This document shows, in pieces, positions 37,761 through 51,127 of a stretch of 51,187 nt of DNA. Source of the stretch: Octopus bimaculoides (Eukaryota); the NCBI RefSeq assembly GCF_001194135.2, contig NC_068986.1, forward strand, positions 58,238,810-58,289,996, in the 5' to 3' direction. Under the pieces are notes generated by a model that saw only the letters and a program-made list of their open reading frames with translations, searched no databases and had not been told where the DNA came from. The translations under genes were made by a program, and so were the position numbers. Position 1 is the first letter of the stretch. Each line of letters opens with the position of its first letter.

Positions 37761-37974
37761 GGCCAATTTGGGCAAAAGAACAACAACAACCACAGCAGTA
37801 GCAACGTTTTAAGAACGATGCCAAAATTATACGACTAATTAAAAAATATATTAAACAATATAGCCAAATATATGACTAACGAAATGACTAGCTAACGATA
37901 TGACTAACTATATGATTTATTATATGACCAAGCAACAGTGAGACACACCTATTTGATCATCTAGCTATAAAACG

Positions 37975-38084
37975 TGCCAATGTGAGTGTTTCGATGTGGT
38001 TGCTTGAATTGCTAGAAATAACAACCAAATATCTTCTAATCATACCTGAATCATCATAGAAAAGGACATTTTGAATATGAGCTT

Positions 38085-38115
<31 letters not shown>

Positions 38116-38210
38116 TGCACTTAGGAAAATGATTGGATGGTCCTGGCTGGAATGCATTTTATTGTATGTTGATTCGAACAGGGCTGATCTAAGCTTAAAC
38201 AGTAACAACA
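37975..38210 (+). repeat. Dispersed repeat family D with internal (TA)n
   Basis: GCTAGAAATAACAACCAAATATC...GGATGGTCCTGGCTGGAATGC. Confidence 0.55.
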
Positions 38211-38550
38211 GTAACAGCTAACAACATAACACATCCATTTGACAAATTAGCAGAGAACCTTTCCTTGGTCAAAAGTTCTGTAAGAAATTGTAGCCAAAAC
38301 ATACTCGAATTATAGCCTATTGTCTAAATAAAAAATAAAGTGCAAATTAGGCAACGTAAACTTAGACACCCATGAAAAGAAGAGATGACCACGACTAGAA
38401 CGCACCTGACCATAGATCCGTTCGATCATGACTGACCTTGAATTAAAACAGTAACTCACTCTACTAAATATGATAAACTGTGAATAACTAACGACGTAGC
38501 TAACCTATTCATAATATGACCAATGTTATTTATTTTTTATGTCTGTTCCA

Positions 38551-38700
38551 GGAGAAGGTGAACTGGCTGAGTCGTTAGAGCGTTGGATAGAAACCCACAC
38601 TGTATTTAGTTTGACTCTCTGCTCTTTGAATTCAAATTTCACCGAAGACAAATTTACACTTGAGCGTTCTCGGGGGAAAGGTATCAACAAATTCAGGATG
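38551..38700 (+). mobile_element. SINE family B, degraded
   Basis: GGTGAACTGGCTGAGTCGTTAGAGCG...TTGAATTCAAATTTCACCGAAG. Confidence 0.6.
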
Positions 38701-38750
38701 TTGGATGGGTGGAACTGTTAGCGTAAGAGGAAAATGTCTTGCGATATATA

Positions 38751-39136
38751 TTCTTTTACTTGTTTCAGTCATTTGACTGCGGCCATACTGGAGCACCGCC
38801 TTTAATCGAGCAAATCGACCCCAAGACTTATTCTTTGTAAGCCTAGTACTTATTTTATCGGTCTCTTTTGCCGAACCGCTAGGTTACGGGGACGTAAACA
38901 CACCAGCATCGGTTGTCAAGCGATGTTGGGAGGACAAACACAGACACACAAACACACACACATATATATACATATATACGACGGGCTCCTTTCAGTTTCC
39001 GTCTACCAAATCCACTCACAAGGCTTTGGTCGGCCCGAGGCTATAGTAGATGACACTTGACCAAGGTGCCACGGAGTGGGACTGAACCTGGAACCATGTG
39101 GTTGGTAAGCAAGCTACTTACCACACAGCCACTCCT
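38751..39136 (-). mobile_element. tRNA-derived SINE family A, best full-length copy (~385 bp)
   Basis: Head AGGAGTGGCTGTGTGGTAAG...GGTTCAGTCCCAC, body, internal (TA/TG)n, and tail ending CAGTCAAATGACTGAAACAAGTAAAAGAA. Confidence 0.93.
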
Positions 39137-39703
39137 CAGTCTTTGCGTTCTGACAGCAACGCCTGCAATGACACTGGTGTCAGATTGCATCGGCCAAAAT
39201 TTGTAATTTTTCCCAGGGATAAGCATCGTGTCGAGGAGCAACAGCTAGCTTTCCTCAATATAAACTTGGTAAAACCTGTACAAACATGTGCTGATCAATA
39301 GACAACCTTATCCGAGGAGGCATATATGTATATGTATATATATCGGTTTGTCCTTGGACAGACAGGAGGTTGCTAATGCTTTGCACAAATCTTTCTTCAC
39401 TTCCAGGACTTACGAATATATAACATACAGAAAATAGCACTGCTAAACATTGCACATATCTTATACAGAGCACTTTCAATGCAGTAAAAATAACAACACC
39501 AAAACAAACCACAACACATGTCCAGCGCACACAGAAATGCGCTCGGTAGTGCAATGAAAGCACGTAATAAAAATAAATAAAACTACTGTATAATAATAAG
39601 AAAGTTTGATAAAAAATAACAATAATTGTAACGTTAGCAACAATATATGCAAGTGTATAGTAACACCAATAGTAATAGTGAGTTGATTTAGCTTTCTTTA
39701 CAA

Positions 39704-39810
<107 letters not shown>

Positions 39811-40803
39811 ATTATNNNNNNNNNNNNNNNNNNNNNNNNNNNNNNNNNNNNNNNNNNNNNNNNNNNNNNNNNNNNNNNNNNNNNNNNNNNNNNNNNNNNN
39901 NNNNNNNNNNNNNNNNNNNNNNNNNNNNNNNNNNNNNNNNNNNNNNNNNNNNNNNNNNNNNNNNNNNNNNNNNNNNNNNNNNNNNNNNNNNNNNNNNNNN
40001 NNNNNNNNNNNNNNNNNNNNNNNNNNNNNNNNNNNNNNNNNNNNNNNNNNNNNNNNNNNNNNNNNNNNNNNNNNNNNNNNNNNNNNNNNNNNNNNNNNNN
40101 NNNNNNNNNNNNNNNNNNNNNNNNNNNNNNNNNNNNNNNNNNNNNNNNNNNNNNNNNNNNNNNNNNNNNNNNNNNNNNNNNNNNNNNNNNNNNNNNNNNN
40201 NNNNNNNNNNNNNNNNNNNNNNNNNNNNNNNNNNNNNNNNNNNNNNNNNNNNNNNNNNNNNNNNNNNNNNNNNNNNNNNNNNNNNNNNNNNNNNNNNNNN
40301 NNNNNNNNNNNNNNNNNNNNNNNNNNNNNNNNNNNNNNNNNNNNNNNNNNNNNNNNNNNNNNNNNNNNNNNNNNNNNNNNNNNNNNNNNNNNNNNNNNNN
40401 NNNNNNNNNNNNNNNNNNNNNNNNNNNNNNNNNNNNNNNNNNNNNNNNNNNNNNNNNNNNNNNNNNNNNNNNNNNNNNNNNNNNNNNNNNNNNNNNNNNN
40501 NNNNNNNNNNNNNNNNNNNNNNNNNNNNNNNNNNNNNNNNNNNNNNNNNNNNNNNNNNNNNNNNNNNNNNNNNNNNNNNNNNNNNNNNNNNNNNNNNNNN
40601 NNNNNNNNNNNNNNNNNNNNNNNNNNNNNNNNNNNNNNNNNNNNNNNNNNNNNNNNNNNNNNNNNNNNNNNNNNNNNNNNNNNNNNNNNNNNNNNNNNNN
40701 NNNNNNNNNNNNNNNNNNNNNNNNNNNNNNNNNNNNNNNNNNNNNNNNNNNNNNNNNNNNNNNNNNNNNNNNNNNNNNNNNNNNNNNNNNNNNNNNNNNN
40801 NNN

Positions 40804-40835
<32 letters not shown>

Positions 40836-40844
40836 ATATATATA

Positions 40845-40890
40845 GTGCACCAGCATGACCGCAGCCACTTGGCTGAAACACATAAATAAA
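40845..40890 (+). mobile_element. SINE family A-like tail fragment
   Basis: GTGCACCAGCATGACCGCAGCCACTTGGCTGAAACACATAAA. Confidence 0.6.
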
Positions 40891-40912
40891 TATATATATA
40901 TATATATATATA

Positions 40913-41992
40913 TATTGAATTCGCCAAAAATGTCCGTTCGGTTTCTGTTGACACTAAATTTCAAGCCTTTTAAGTAGCTAACTTCATTCTGATCTTTGTG
41001 CATGAACACTCGTTAGATACTCGACACATCAGCGCTGCTTGACGCGAATTTGCGACGAGTCAGCTTGTAGTTTGTGTATTTGGGAACATTCTGAAAATGG
41101 AGAACCAGAACGAACATTATCGACATCCCATGGTGTTTCATCTTAAAATGGCAAAATAGCGGTGGTAACCTTCCGAAGGTTATGTGATGTGTACGGAGAG
41201 AGTGCTATTCCAGCATGCGTTTACCAGAAGTGGTTTTCAAGATTCGATCAGGATATTTTTGGTTCAAGAAGCAATACGGTCTGGTTGGCCAGCTGAGCTT
41301 AACAGCGACACCAATCCTTGTTACACGACCAGGATGATCACAAATATTCCACATATTCAAATCGTGTGCTGAAAACCACCTGCATCGACTTCGTTACGTC
41401 AGCATTTTCAATGTTTGGCTCTCACATCAACTGAAGGAAGTTAATGTCACGCAACGAATTTCCTTCTATAATTTTTTTGCAGAAAAGTGAAGAAAATGAT
41501 TCTTTTTTGATAAGAATGAATCGTCTATAACAATGTAAGTACTAACGATGATGGGAGAAGTGCGACTAGCCATTACAAACAAGCTCCAAAGCAGGACTTC
41601 GCTCGAAGAAGGTTATGCTTTCATTTTGGTGGAATTGAAAGGATTTTTTCCCACGGTCAGGACCATCAATGCAGATTTGTGCTATGACCAGCTGGACAAA
41701 TTGAACGTAGCAACCCACCAGCTTTCCAATTGTAAGGGCATTGTTTTTCATCACGACAATTCCAGACCGTACACTTCTCTTCCGACGCAGAAGTTAATGA
41801 GGCTTGCTTGGGAAGTTTTACAGCACCTTTCGTATTCACCCAACCTTGCGCCTTCAGATTTCCCCCTGTTTCGGTTTCTTCGGATTCTTTGAATGGACAG
41901 ACCTTCAACTCTGTCCATTCAAAATGTCGCGTTTATCTCTTACTATAATTTTATCTCGTGACTGGTGGTAGAAAACTTTTTCTGTACCAATA
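40913..41992 (+). pseudogene. mariner (DD34D) transposon, decayed
   Basis: 5' TIR-like TATTGAATTCGCCAAAAATGTCCGTTCGGTTT after (TA)n. ATG at 41097: MENQNEHYRH; LCDVYGESA...QKWFSRF; HLHRLRYVS..VWLSHQLKE (WVPHEL); GIVFHHDNSRPYTSLPTQKLMRLAWEVLQHLSYSPNLAPSDFPLF (YSPDLAPSD). The D-D spacing is 33 here, i.e. one codon lost. The 3' TIR is only weakly recognisable. Confidence 0.9.
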
Positions 41993-42540
41993 TTCGTATT
42001 TAATAAGTTCTGTTTGTTGCGGTTTTGTCAAACAATAAAAGCTATCTTATCTGCAGATGCCCTGTTCTACAGTACGTACTATGCGCAGATGTCTTCCGCA
42101 CTGACAAATTACTATTAAAAAAATAACGATATTGCCATGGTAGGGAACAACGACAGAATTTGGCAGGTGGTTACGTACAAGCATGGTGTTTATGGCCGAA
42201 ATTCAAACAAAGAGATTTTACTGGTTCGTTGTGGGGAATTCAAACAAGTAATGCAAATACAATGTTCAAACAGAAAAAATCGAACGCGAGATGGAGACAT
42301 ATTTAGCACCAATCGTTCAGTTGTCTACATTACGTGCAACTCTAGTGCTATAGATGTCCATTATATCCTGCTGTCGTGCAATGACAAAATCAGTTACATA
42401 CAAGATAGACACATAAAATTTTGTACTGTACACACACATATCCATTTTATATATAGCAGAACCTCAGAAGTAATAATTACTCAACGAGGGGTACTCCACT
42501 AGTTACTTATCAGTCCGAAGATACCTTAGTTATATGAAGG

Positions 42541-42589
<49 letters not shown>

Positions 42590-43113
42590 AAGAGAGAAAG
42601 GAAAAGAGAACGGTATGTCTCTAACAAATCTATAAATATGTCTGCACACCTTTTCATGTGTGTACCAATGTATCTATGCATGATTATTTTCATCATTTTA
42701 TCCCTATTTCACAGTCTTCCTATCCATGTCTCTCACCACCACCCTTTATCTGTCCATTCAGCTGTGTAATCTACTGATATACCTATCGTTTCATTTATAT
42801 TGCTATTACTCGTTCTCTTTCCATTTCTTTATATATTTCTTGTAATGATCTTAACATATCATTTCTCTTTTGTTGTCATCGTTGTTATTATCAGCTGCTA
42901 TTATCAGTTTTAATGCAAAACAAGGTAATTACACGTCAGCAGCAATAGTGATTTAGTCAATGCAAATATACTTCCAACAACTCTGTCAGATTCAATATTA
43001 ACGTTTTACCACGAACAGTTACGTCTAATACTTGGAACACTGCATATTTCTTAGTCTCTACAGAGAAACTGTGTATATGGTGTGTGTGTTTAGAAACCCC
43101 TATCTATACACTG

Positions 43114-43320
43114 TAAGGGTGTCCATAAACAATCTTTACATTTTTAAATCTTCAGAAAAAAACTGAAAAATAAGAATAACTCGGTAGTGTTTTTGGGAAA
43201 ATAAAGTTTTATTAAAAACACCAGAACACTTCCACGCGAGCTCTACTAGTTGCAAGCAACACATCGTAACGATATAATACAATAAATCGTGGTAGTTGTA
43301 AAGATAATTTATAAAAACCA
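43114..43320 (-). mobile_element. Tc1/mariner-type 3' remnant with TIR
   Basis: Minus-strand YRYDVLLATSRARVEVF (43224-43274) resembles the C-terminal YRLDVCRATNGAHIE motif. TA-AGGGTGTCCATAAAC..TCTTTACA resembles a CAGGGTGTCC-type TIR. Confidence 0.5.
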
Positions 43321-44034
43321 AGAACTTAGGCCATCCTCTAGGAAGTTAAACTTAAACAGCATTTCAAAAATACCTAGAATACCCAAAAGAATCACTCTAT
43401 ACCTTTAAATGTGTGTTGAGCCGATTCATTTTCGACCAGATGTCGATATTAGAACAATTTCTTCCCGATCTATATGATGTCTTTAACATGAATTTTACAT
43501 TACATCCATTTTTGCCACGCACGTCGCATCATTTAATGAGAATTGTGACTACAGACATTGTGACCACATTCTGACCATAGAATTATGATCCAACACATAA
43601 ACAGTTTTTGAAATTTCAAGGTCAATATCAATGAACACTATGAGACTTTTAATGATACTCTGGAAAAATTAGTACAGGAATTAGCAGTTAATATTTTCAG
43701 GTGAAAGAGTCTATTTTGTGCGATATTACATACGTCACACCTTTTGGATCTTCTTCAAAAAATTCATAATACGTTCCAGATAGAAATCTTTTGTTTATTG
43801 CTTGTCTGGGTAGTCAAACTTTATGAAAAATGAATCAATACAATTCTTGTAAATGTTCAAGATTTACAGCTCAGATATTTCATAATTTGTGTCTGTGACT
43901 GTCTCGTACATCACGTGAGAATGTCCCTACAATACTTTGTAGTTGCTTAGTCCAAGGTAAGTTTTTTTCCCAACTATGACCGCCTGTTATTTGTATATAT
44001 CGAGGGTTTCAGTTATTCTGTGTACTCTGCGATA

Positions 44035-44105
44035 GTTTTAAGACAGTGTGTGGAGTTGGGAGTTATTTGAGGGAGATATAACTGCTGTTTCGAGGTCAAC
44101 CGACC
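44035..44105 (-). repeat. Dispersed repeat family D
   Basis: TTTAAGACAG...ATTTGAGGGAGATATAACTGCTGTTTC is the reverse complement of the D motif. Confidence 0.55.
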
Positions 44106-45590
44106 GTATAAAAGCATCGTTCTTGGCTTCTTTTTCCTGTGACAGAGAACAACAATGATACTGGTAATATTATTGCTGCTGTTGATGCTACTTTTACTGC
44201 TGCCCTTGTTTCTATCGTTTTCGATAGTGCGTGATATGTATGTGTGTGCACGTGCAAGTGTATGTAAGCGGGGAAAAAACAGTAACCCTGTATAAACAGC
44301 AGGTCAGGTATAGCTATATAGGACAGGGAGCAAATGCTGTGCACAGATGCAGAAAATAGTCTCCCTGTGGATGTGAATGTCTCTTCAGAAATTGAGGACT
44401 AGAACATCTGATGAGAAATTTACAGCTCTAATATTCAGTCTACAGATTTCCATTTGTTCCTTTTATCGTATGTGCATCAAACTTTGTGATAATAGATGTG
44501 CATGAAAACCTAAAAATCCTTGGGTTCTCCCAAAAAGAACAGCTCAGACTCATCCGAATTCGTCAAACACAATTGTTCAGAGGAACAGTAAAAATTCATA
44601 AAACATTTCGGGGATTTTCCATTTGACGTTCCTGAGTAACATACGCACACAACCACATATACGTATGGAATACCTATTCACGCATACACATATGCAGTAA
44701 CAAAACATGCACGCTTGTATTCTATTGCCACATGCACACACTCGAGGGCAAACAAACCATACGCACTCACAAGCGCACAACATGCACACATAAATGCATA
44801 CATCTCCCTATTTAGATAGCCACAAACTCAAGAACTCTCTTGGCTTAAAGAAAAGAGCCTTTCTCCTTTTTTAGAAACCAGCTTGAATTCTACAAAAGGA
44901 AAAATTTTAAAATAAGACCTAAAGAAACATTCATGTATAGAGAGAGGAACAGAGTGATATACGAGTATAAAGACGTAGATACATAAATAGAAACACACTG
45001 TTATTAATAAGATAGAAAAAAATATATAGCATTAGAAAAAGTAAAAGAAAAAGCAGAATGACAATTGTGAATAATAAAAAGATTTACATGTTTACACAGG
45101 CAACCAATCGCAAAGCAAACAATCAAAGAAACCTAAGTCTACACTTCACAAAGTGGGCAAGAGCTTTTGTTCAACATACTATTTACTCTAAAATCTTAAC
45201 AAGCGAAGAAAGTAAACAGATAACAAACCAACTACTTGACCGGCATAACGTTCTCATGTTTATTCTCACCACAAAGGTCACTGGCTTTCGTTCAGCTAAG
45301 TTACGTAAATAATATTGTATAAAATATAATACAACATGGCTGCCACTGTCAGTAGCGATAACTTAATGAAGATTTAAAAGGGATTATGAAGTGTTTATTG
45401 AAATACTTAATGTCGTTATATATATGAATTGTTACAAAGTTGTGTTTTACAACTGCGTATTTGTTTGCCTGTGAATGAGTATATGTGTGTCCGCGTGTTT
45501 ATTTTTGTGGTTGTGCTTCTATTGCTTCTCTCTCTGTCTCTCTGTCTGTCTCTCTCTCTGTCTCTGTCTGTCTCTCTCTGTCTCTCTATC

Positions 45591-45623
<33 letters not shown>

Positions 45624-48495
45624 ATCTCTCGGTGCGTGCGTACGTGCGTTTATCAAATATGTTCGTGTGCATATGTATATCTGCTAGCATATGGGGTGTA
45701 GGTGTGTGCCTGTTCCTGTGTGTATGACGGACATGCTTTTCTTTTAGTATGACTTCTTTTATGTAGATATGTGTGTGTGTGTGCGTGTGCATGCATGCGT
45801 GCGTGCGTACGTGCGTATGTGTGAGTATTTGAATTATTTTACATACGTAAATATATGCCATGGAATGTTTTCCTGATATTTTTTCCATTATTGTATGTGC
45901 ATGTAGGTGTGGTAGTGTGTGTAAGTGAGCCAGTATATATATGCACGTGTGTGCGTGTGTGTGTGTGTGTGTGCATGCGTATCTCTGCGATTGTTTATGT
46001 ATGTCAGCTTGTTTGTTTCTTTTATGTAAGATTGGCTTGTCTGTGTTTATATATTATGTCGTTGTTCTGACACAGGTGAACTGTGACGAAGCAGATCTAT
46101 GGTCTAAAAGCATTCCATTCATGCCCACCATGTCTTTTTAAGGTTATCTGTGATTACCCTATCTAATGGCTCCAAGGTGGAACTTGGTTCCTGTTTCCAG
46201 CAGGATGGTGAAATGGTTTGTAGGCTGGTGTGTTTATAGGGGGGAGTGTATCTCCGTGTGTCTATGTATCTGCATGTGTGTGTATGCCGTGTGTGGGTGT
46301 GTGTGTGTATCTCTTTGTGTCTATGTATCTGTGTGTGTGTATGCTGTGTGTATGTGTGTGTGTGTGTGTGTGTATGAGTGTGTGTACTTGAGAGTTTATA
46401 GAGACAACACATTGCAGATAAAAATATGAATCTATGGATGAATGTGCGTATGCCTGCATTGGTATATGTACGAATGTGTATGTATGGGTATGTATGTGTG
46501 TGCATGTTTATGCATTTAGCTTTATTATTGAGTATTATTAATTTGTATGTGCAAAATACATTAAAAAGAACTGTATACACATGTACGTTTATACGTATTG
46601 CATCTCAAAATGAAAATGTAGATTTAATAAACATTAAACGAAGAGCCACGTTATGGCGAAACTCGTATTGAAAGCAACACGTATTGAAAGAATATTCTAG
46701 CTCATAAATAAATATATGATGCACCCTGCCATCTAATACTCAGCTCTCTTTTGCACATACTGAGGATGTATACACAGACACACACACACACACACAAACA
46801 CACATACATATGTATGTATATATGGTATGTCTGTATGTATCCATGCGTGTATGTGAATGTATTAATATGCATATATATATATACATATATATATGTATGT
46901 ATATATGTATGTACGCATATAAAGATGCAGTATATATATATATATANNNNNNNNNNNNNNNNNNNNNNNNNNNNNNNNNNNNNNNNNNNNNNNNNNNNNN
47001 NNNNNNNNNNNNNNNNNNNNNNNNNNNNNNNNNNTGTATGTATCCATGCGTGTATGTGAATGTATTAATATGCATATATATATATACATATATATATGTA
47101 AATAATATATATATATGCATACATGTATGAATTGTTAAGTAGATGATTATTTATCCTCACCATGAGTGTAATATTAATTGCTAAATTCCTTGGCTCACTA
47201 CAATATGTTGTGTTAGCAATAGTTTTCTTACAGAGTGTGTCTTTGGATATTTTTCAGTTCCTTTGATTTTTTCTCTTTTGGCACAGCGAGTCACTGCGTA
47301 ATGTACGTGTGATGTGTTTTGTGTAGGTTTATAAACACACAATATGGCTACTTCAGTGCTGGGAACAATAGAACAAGCACCAAATAACACCCAGCATTAA
47401 AGTGACGCGGTATCTAAAGTTATATCCACATACACACGCGAGTGGATTGTGTGTGTGTGTGTGTATTGCGTATACATACATATACATACATGTAAGCATA
47501 CGTGCGTGTGCGCGTACGCGTGCGCGTGGCTTCTTGATTATAGAGAGGCAGCCGTATAAATAAATAGATAGTGAGCGAGTGAGCGAATGAGCGAGTGAGT
47601 GGGTGAGTTCGAGAAAAATTTTATACAAATTACAGAAATACTATAGAATTTTGTGCATGTTTGCAAGCACAGTGCACGTGCTGTCGCTGCAAATGATTGC
47701 ATATACTGAATAGAACAAATATTTAAACTGATGCATCATTTATTTGTTTTTCCACATATACAGTTTTCTATCTTCTTTTTTTAATCCTGCTGAATTTTAG
47801 GCTACGGTGTTGCTTATAATACGGGTGACTGGGCGTTAAAGAGTTTACTGAACAAATTGAATGCCGTATATACAAGTATATATATTGTGTGTATGTGCTT
47901 TTGCAAGTATGATATGTCACTGAATCCATGTAGATATATGTTTATATGCGTGTATTTATAAATAAATATGCACTGACATATATGGGCGCGTGTGTGTGTC
48001 CATATATGTCAGTGCATCCTTTAATAAACTGTTGCGCCATTTGATGATACGAAAGCGACTCAACATTAAATTGATTAACAAATTTCTTCAATCCCTTGTT
48101 CAAATAAACTTGGATATACAAACGCACGCATGCGCCCATATGCGCATATATGCACACACAAGCGTACACCTACGTACAAGACTTACACAAGACATGCAAA
48201 CTATGTTTGTATATTTACTAACATGAAAACATAAGCGTAAAACATTCTTCACTTCATACAAACAAGTAATTGAATACACCAAATATGGCGCATATATTAC
48301 TATGGTTTATATGCCGTTTCCCTATATAATTCTCACATATTGCACACTACACATACATAATATACATCAAAATATCTGCATAAAATGTTAACAATTGGTC
48401 ACTCTGTCTGTCTATCTGTCTCTCTCTCTCCCTCATTCTATCACTGCATGGATATTTTGGCCATCTGAATGTTAACATTAATTTATCTATCTGGT

Positions 48496-48715
48496 CTTTC
48501 ACTTGTTTCAGTCCTTTGACTGCGGCCATGCTAGAGCACCGCCTTTTATCGAACAAATCGACCCCAGGACTTATTCTTTGTAAGCCTAGTACTTATACTA
48601 TCATTCTCTTTGCCGAACCGCTAAGTTACGGGAACGTAAACACACCAACATCGGTGTCAAGCGTACATACATATGCGTACATACATATAGGGGGACCAAC
48701 ACAGACACGCAAATA
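48496..48715 (-). mobile_element. SINE family A, 3' half ending at a gap
   Basis: CTTGTTTCAGTCCTTTGACTGCGGCCATGCTAGAGCACCGCC...GCCGAACCGCTAAGTTACGGGAACGTAAACACACC. Confidence 0.9.
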
Positions 48716-49160
48716 CGTACATATATATATATATATANNNNNNNNNNNNNNNNNNNNNNNNNNNNNNNNNNNNNNNNNNNNNNNNNNNNNNNNNNNNNNN
48801 NNNNNNNNNNNNNNNNNNNNNNNNNNNNNNNNNNNNNNNNNNNNNNNNNNNNNNNNNNNNNNNNNNNNNNNNNNNNNNNNNNNNNNNNNNNNNNNNNNNN
48901 NNNNNNNNNNNNNNNNNNNNNNNNNNNNNNNNNNNNNNNNNNNNNNNNNNNNNNNNNNNNNNNNNNNNNNNNNNNNNNNNNNNNNNNNNNNNNNNNNNNN
49001 NNNNNNNNNNNNNNNNNNNNNNNNNNNNNNNNNNNNNNNNNNNNNNNNNNNNNNNNNNNNNNNNNNNNNNNNNNNNNNNNNNNNNNNNNNNNNNNNNNNN
49101 NNNNNNNNNNNNNNNNNNNNNNNNNNNNNNNNNNNNNNNNNNNNNNNNNNNNNNNNNNNN

Positions 49161-49207
<47 letters not shown>

Positions 49208-49356
49208 TGTGATATAGATAGATAGATAGATAGATATACGCACATAAGAGTATGCGTTGGATATTAGAGAACACTTAATTATCAGTATACTACTCTCTTC
49301 AAACCAATTATAAGTTGTTTTTTTTTTATTTCGTCAGATTCCACATTGCAGATAAA

Positions 49357-49949
49357 ATGCTAACACAAGAAGTCAATGCAGTTCTTGTTGTCATATGTGC
49401 GGAGCACAAAGACTAAGATATTGTCATCTTTCTAAATGTTGCAAAATATATTGTGCGTAATGTTTGGGTAGAATTCGAAAGCCCTGGCAGGATAGAATCA
49501 TATGTATCCAGAGAAAAAGTTTTATTCTAAACAGTGGGACGCTATAAGGACACCACAATTTATCCAGCGGGTTCAAAAATATTATCGAAAAATTAAGGAG
49601 GGCTATCGCCAAACAACCTCAGAGTTCAAAGTGGAACTGTGGAGTACAAGAACATTCGACACGAGTCGTATGTACTGAGAAGGGGCCAATTCATGTGTAT
49701 AAAGGCAGAGGAAGACCGTTTCATTCATACTGAGTGATTAATTAACAAGGTAAAAAACACTCGCATGAACATGGCATGCTTTGCTTTATCTCTGATGAGA
49801 AGAAACTTTGACTAGAACCATTCAAGAAATAATAGATGGTAATGTACAGGATCTTTTGATGAGCTCAGATTGATGCGCACTAGGTTTCCAGCAACTGTAA
49901 CGGTTTAAGAGTGGAGGGTAATGAAGCTCCTGTCATGCTACCTCACATC

Positions 49950-49952
<3 letters not shown>
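49357..49952 (+). pseudogene. Second maT-like Tc1/mariner transposase fossil (not in the ORF track)
   Basis: MLTQEVNAVLVVICAEHKD*DIVIFLNVAKYIV; SKQWDAIRTPQFIQRVQ; IRHESYVLRRGQFM; SDEK/NFD*; RNNRW*C; MRTRFPATVTV; GVEGNE..VMLPHIF. Collinear with the 2306-2950 transposase and truncated by (CA)n. Confidence 0.82.
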
Positions 49953-49992
<40 letters not shown>

Positions 49993-50084
49993 ACACACAC
50001 ATACACATATAGAGAGAGAGGGAGTGAGAGAGACTGACGGACAGACAAATAGACAGCTTTGTATATATATTTATATAAAACTTA

Positions 50085-50160
<76 letters not shown>

Positions 50161-51127
50161 CGAGAGAGATGTATGTATGTATGTATACACATATATCCAT
50201 ATTTATTTAATTATAGAAAGAATTAGGAAAAATGGTATGATATATATTCATGCATGCATACATACATAGATACGAACATACATAGACACACATGCACAAA
50301 CAAACACATACACTCACACGCACGCACGCACACATACATACATACACACATACATACACACATACATACATACATACATAAATACACACATACTGACATA
50401 CATACATGCATGCATCCGTCCATCCATCCATCCATCCATACATACATACATACATACATACATACACACATGCATACGTACATACATACATACATACATA
50501 GGTGCAGCCATAAAACACCCAAACACACAAAAGAGCCAAAACGATATTGTTGAAGAGTGGTTTTGAAGAAGGGTTGGGTGACAACGTCAAGAAATGCCTT
50601 TAACAATCCGAACAAAATAGACGTTGCCCTTTGACGGACACGAATAGACGCCATGTGGCGCTGATGACAGTCCGAAAAAAGTATCCGGGTGTGGTTATAC
50701 CTTCTCTTAACTCCTAACTATCTAACCCCTATCTCCAGATTTAGATCGTGTGGGGTGAGGGGGGGGGGAATTTTCGTGGTTCTTTTACTGCGGGTTCTGT
50801 TTCTACTTTCTACTGCACTAAAACACGCTTTTTCGATTCAATGTGTTTATGAGCTACGTGTTTTTATTGTTGTGTATGCGTGTACGTTTATGTACATGTG
50901 TATATGCCGACGTAATGTGTTCGAATGAATTGTTAATAGGCGGCAGTACGCATAAACCTGTGTTAACACACACATACACTCACACACACATATACTCACA
51001 CACACAAACATACACACATACAAACATGACGCACAGAGATAAAAATACACACGCATACGCCTATTAATCCTTGAAAAAAATGTTTATGTAGTTGCATCAG
51101 CCTATTCATATGAAAGAAATGTGAATA

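Noticed and set aside
42137-42502. 121-aa non-repetitive ORF
   Set aside because: No recognisable domain, and it ends in low-complexity sequence; unsupported.
46832-47100. Identical 66-bp direct repeat (46832-46897 and 47035-47100) either side of a gap
   Set aside because: Most likely an unmerged contig overlap or haplotype artefact at the gap.
50630-50690. CTGATGA...GAAA with nearby stems, suggesting a hammerhead
   Set aside because: No G10.1-C11.1 stem II closure and no stem III/NUH; the topology does not fit.
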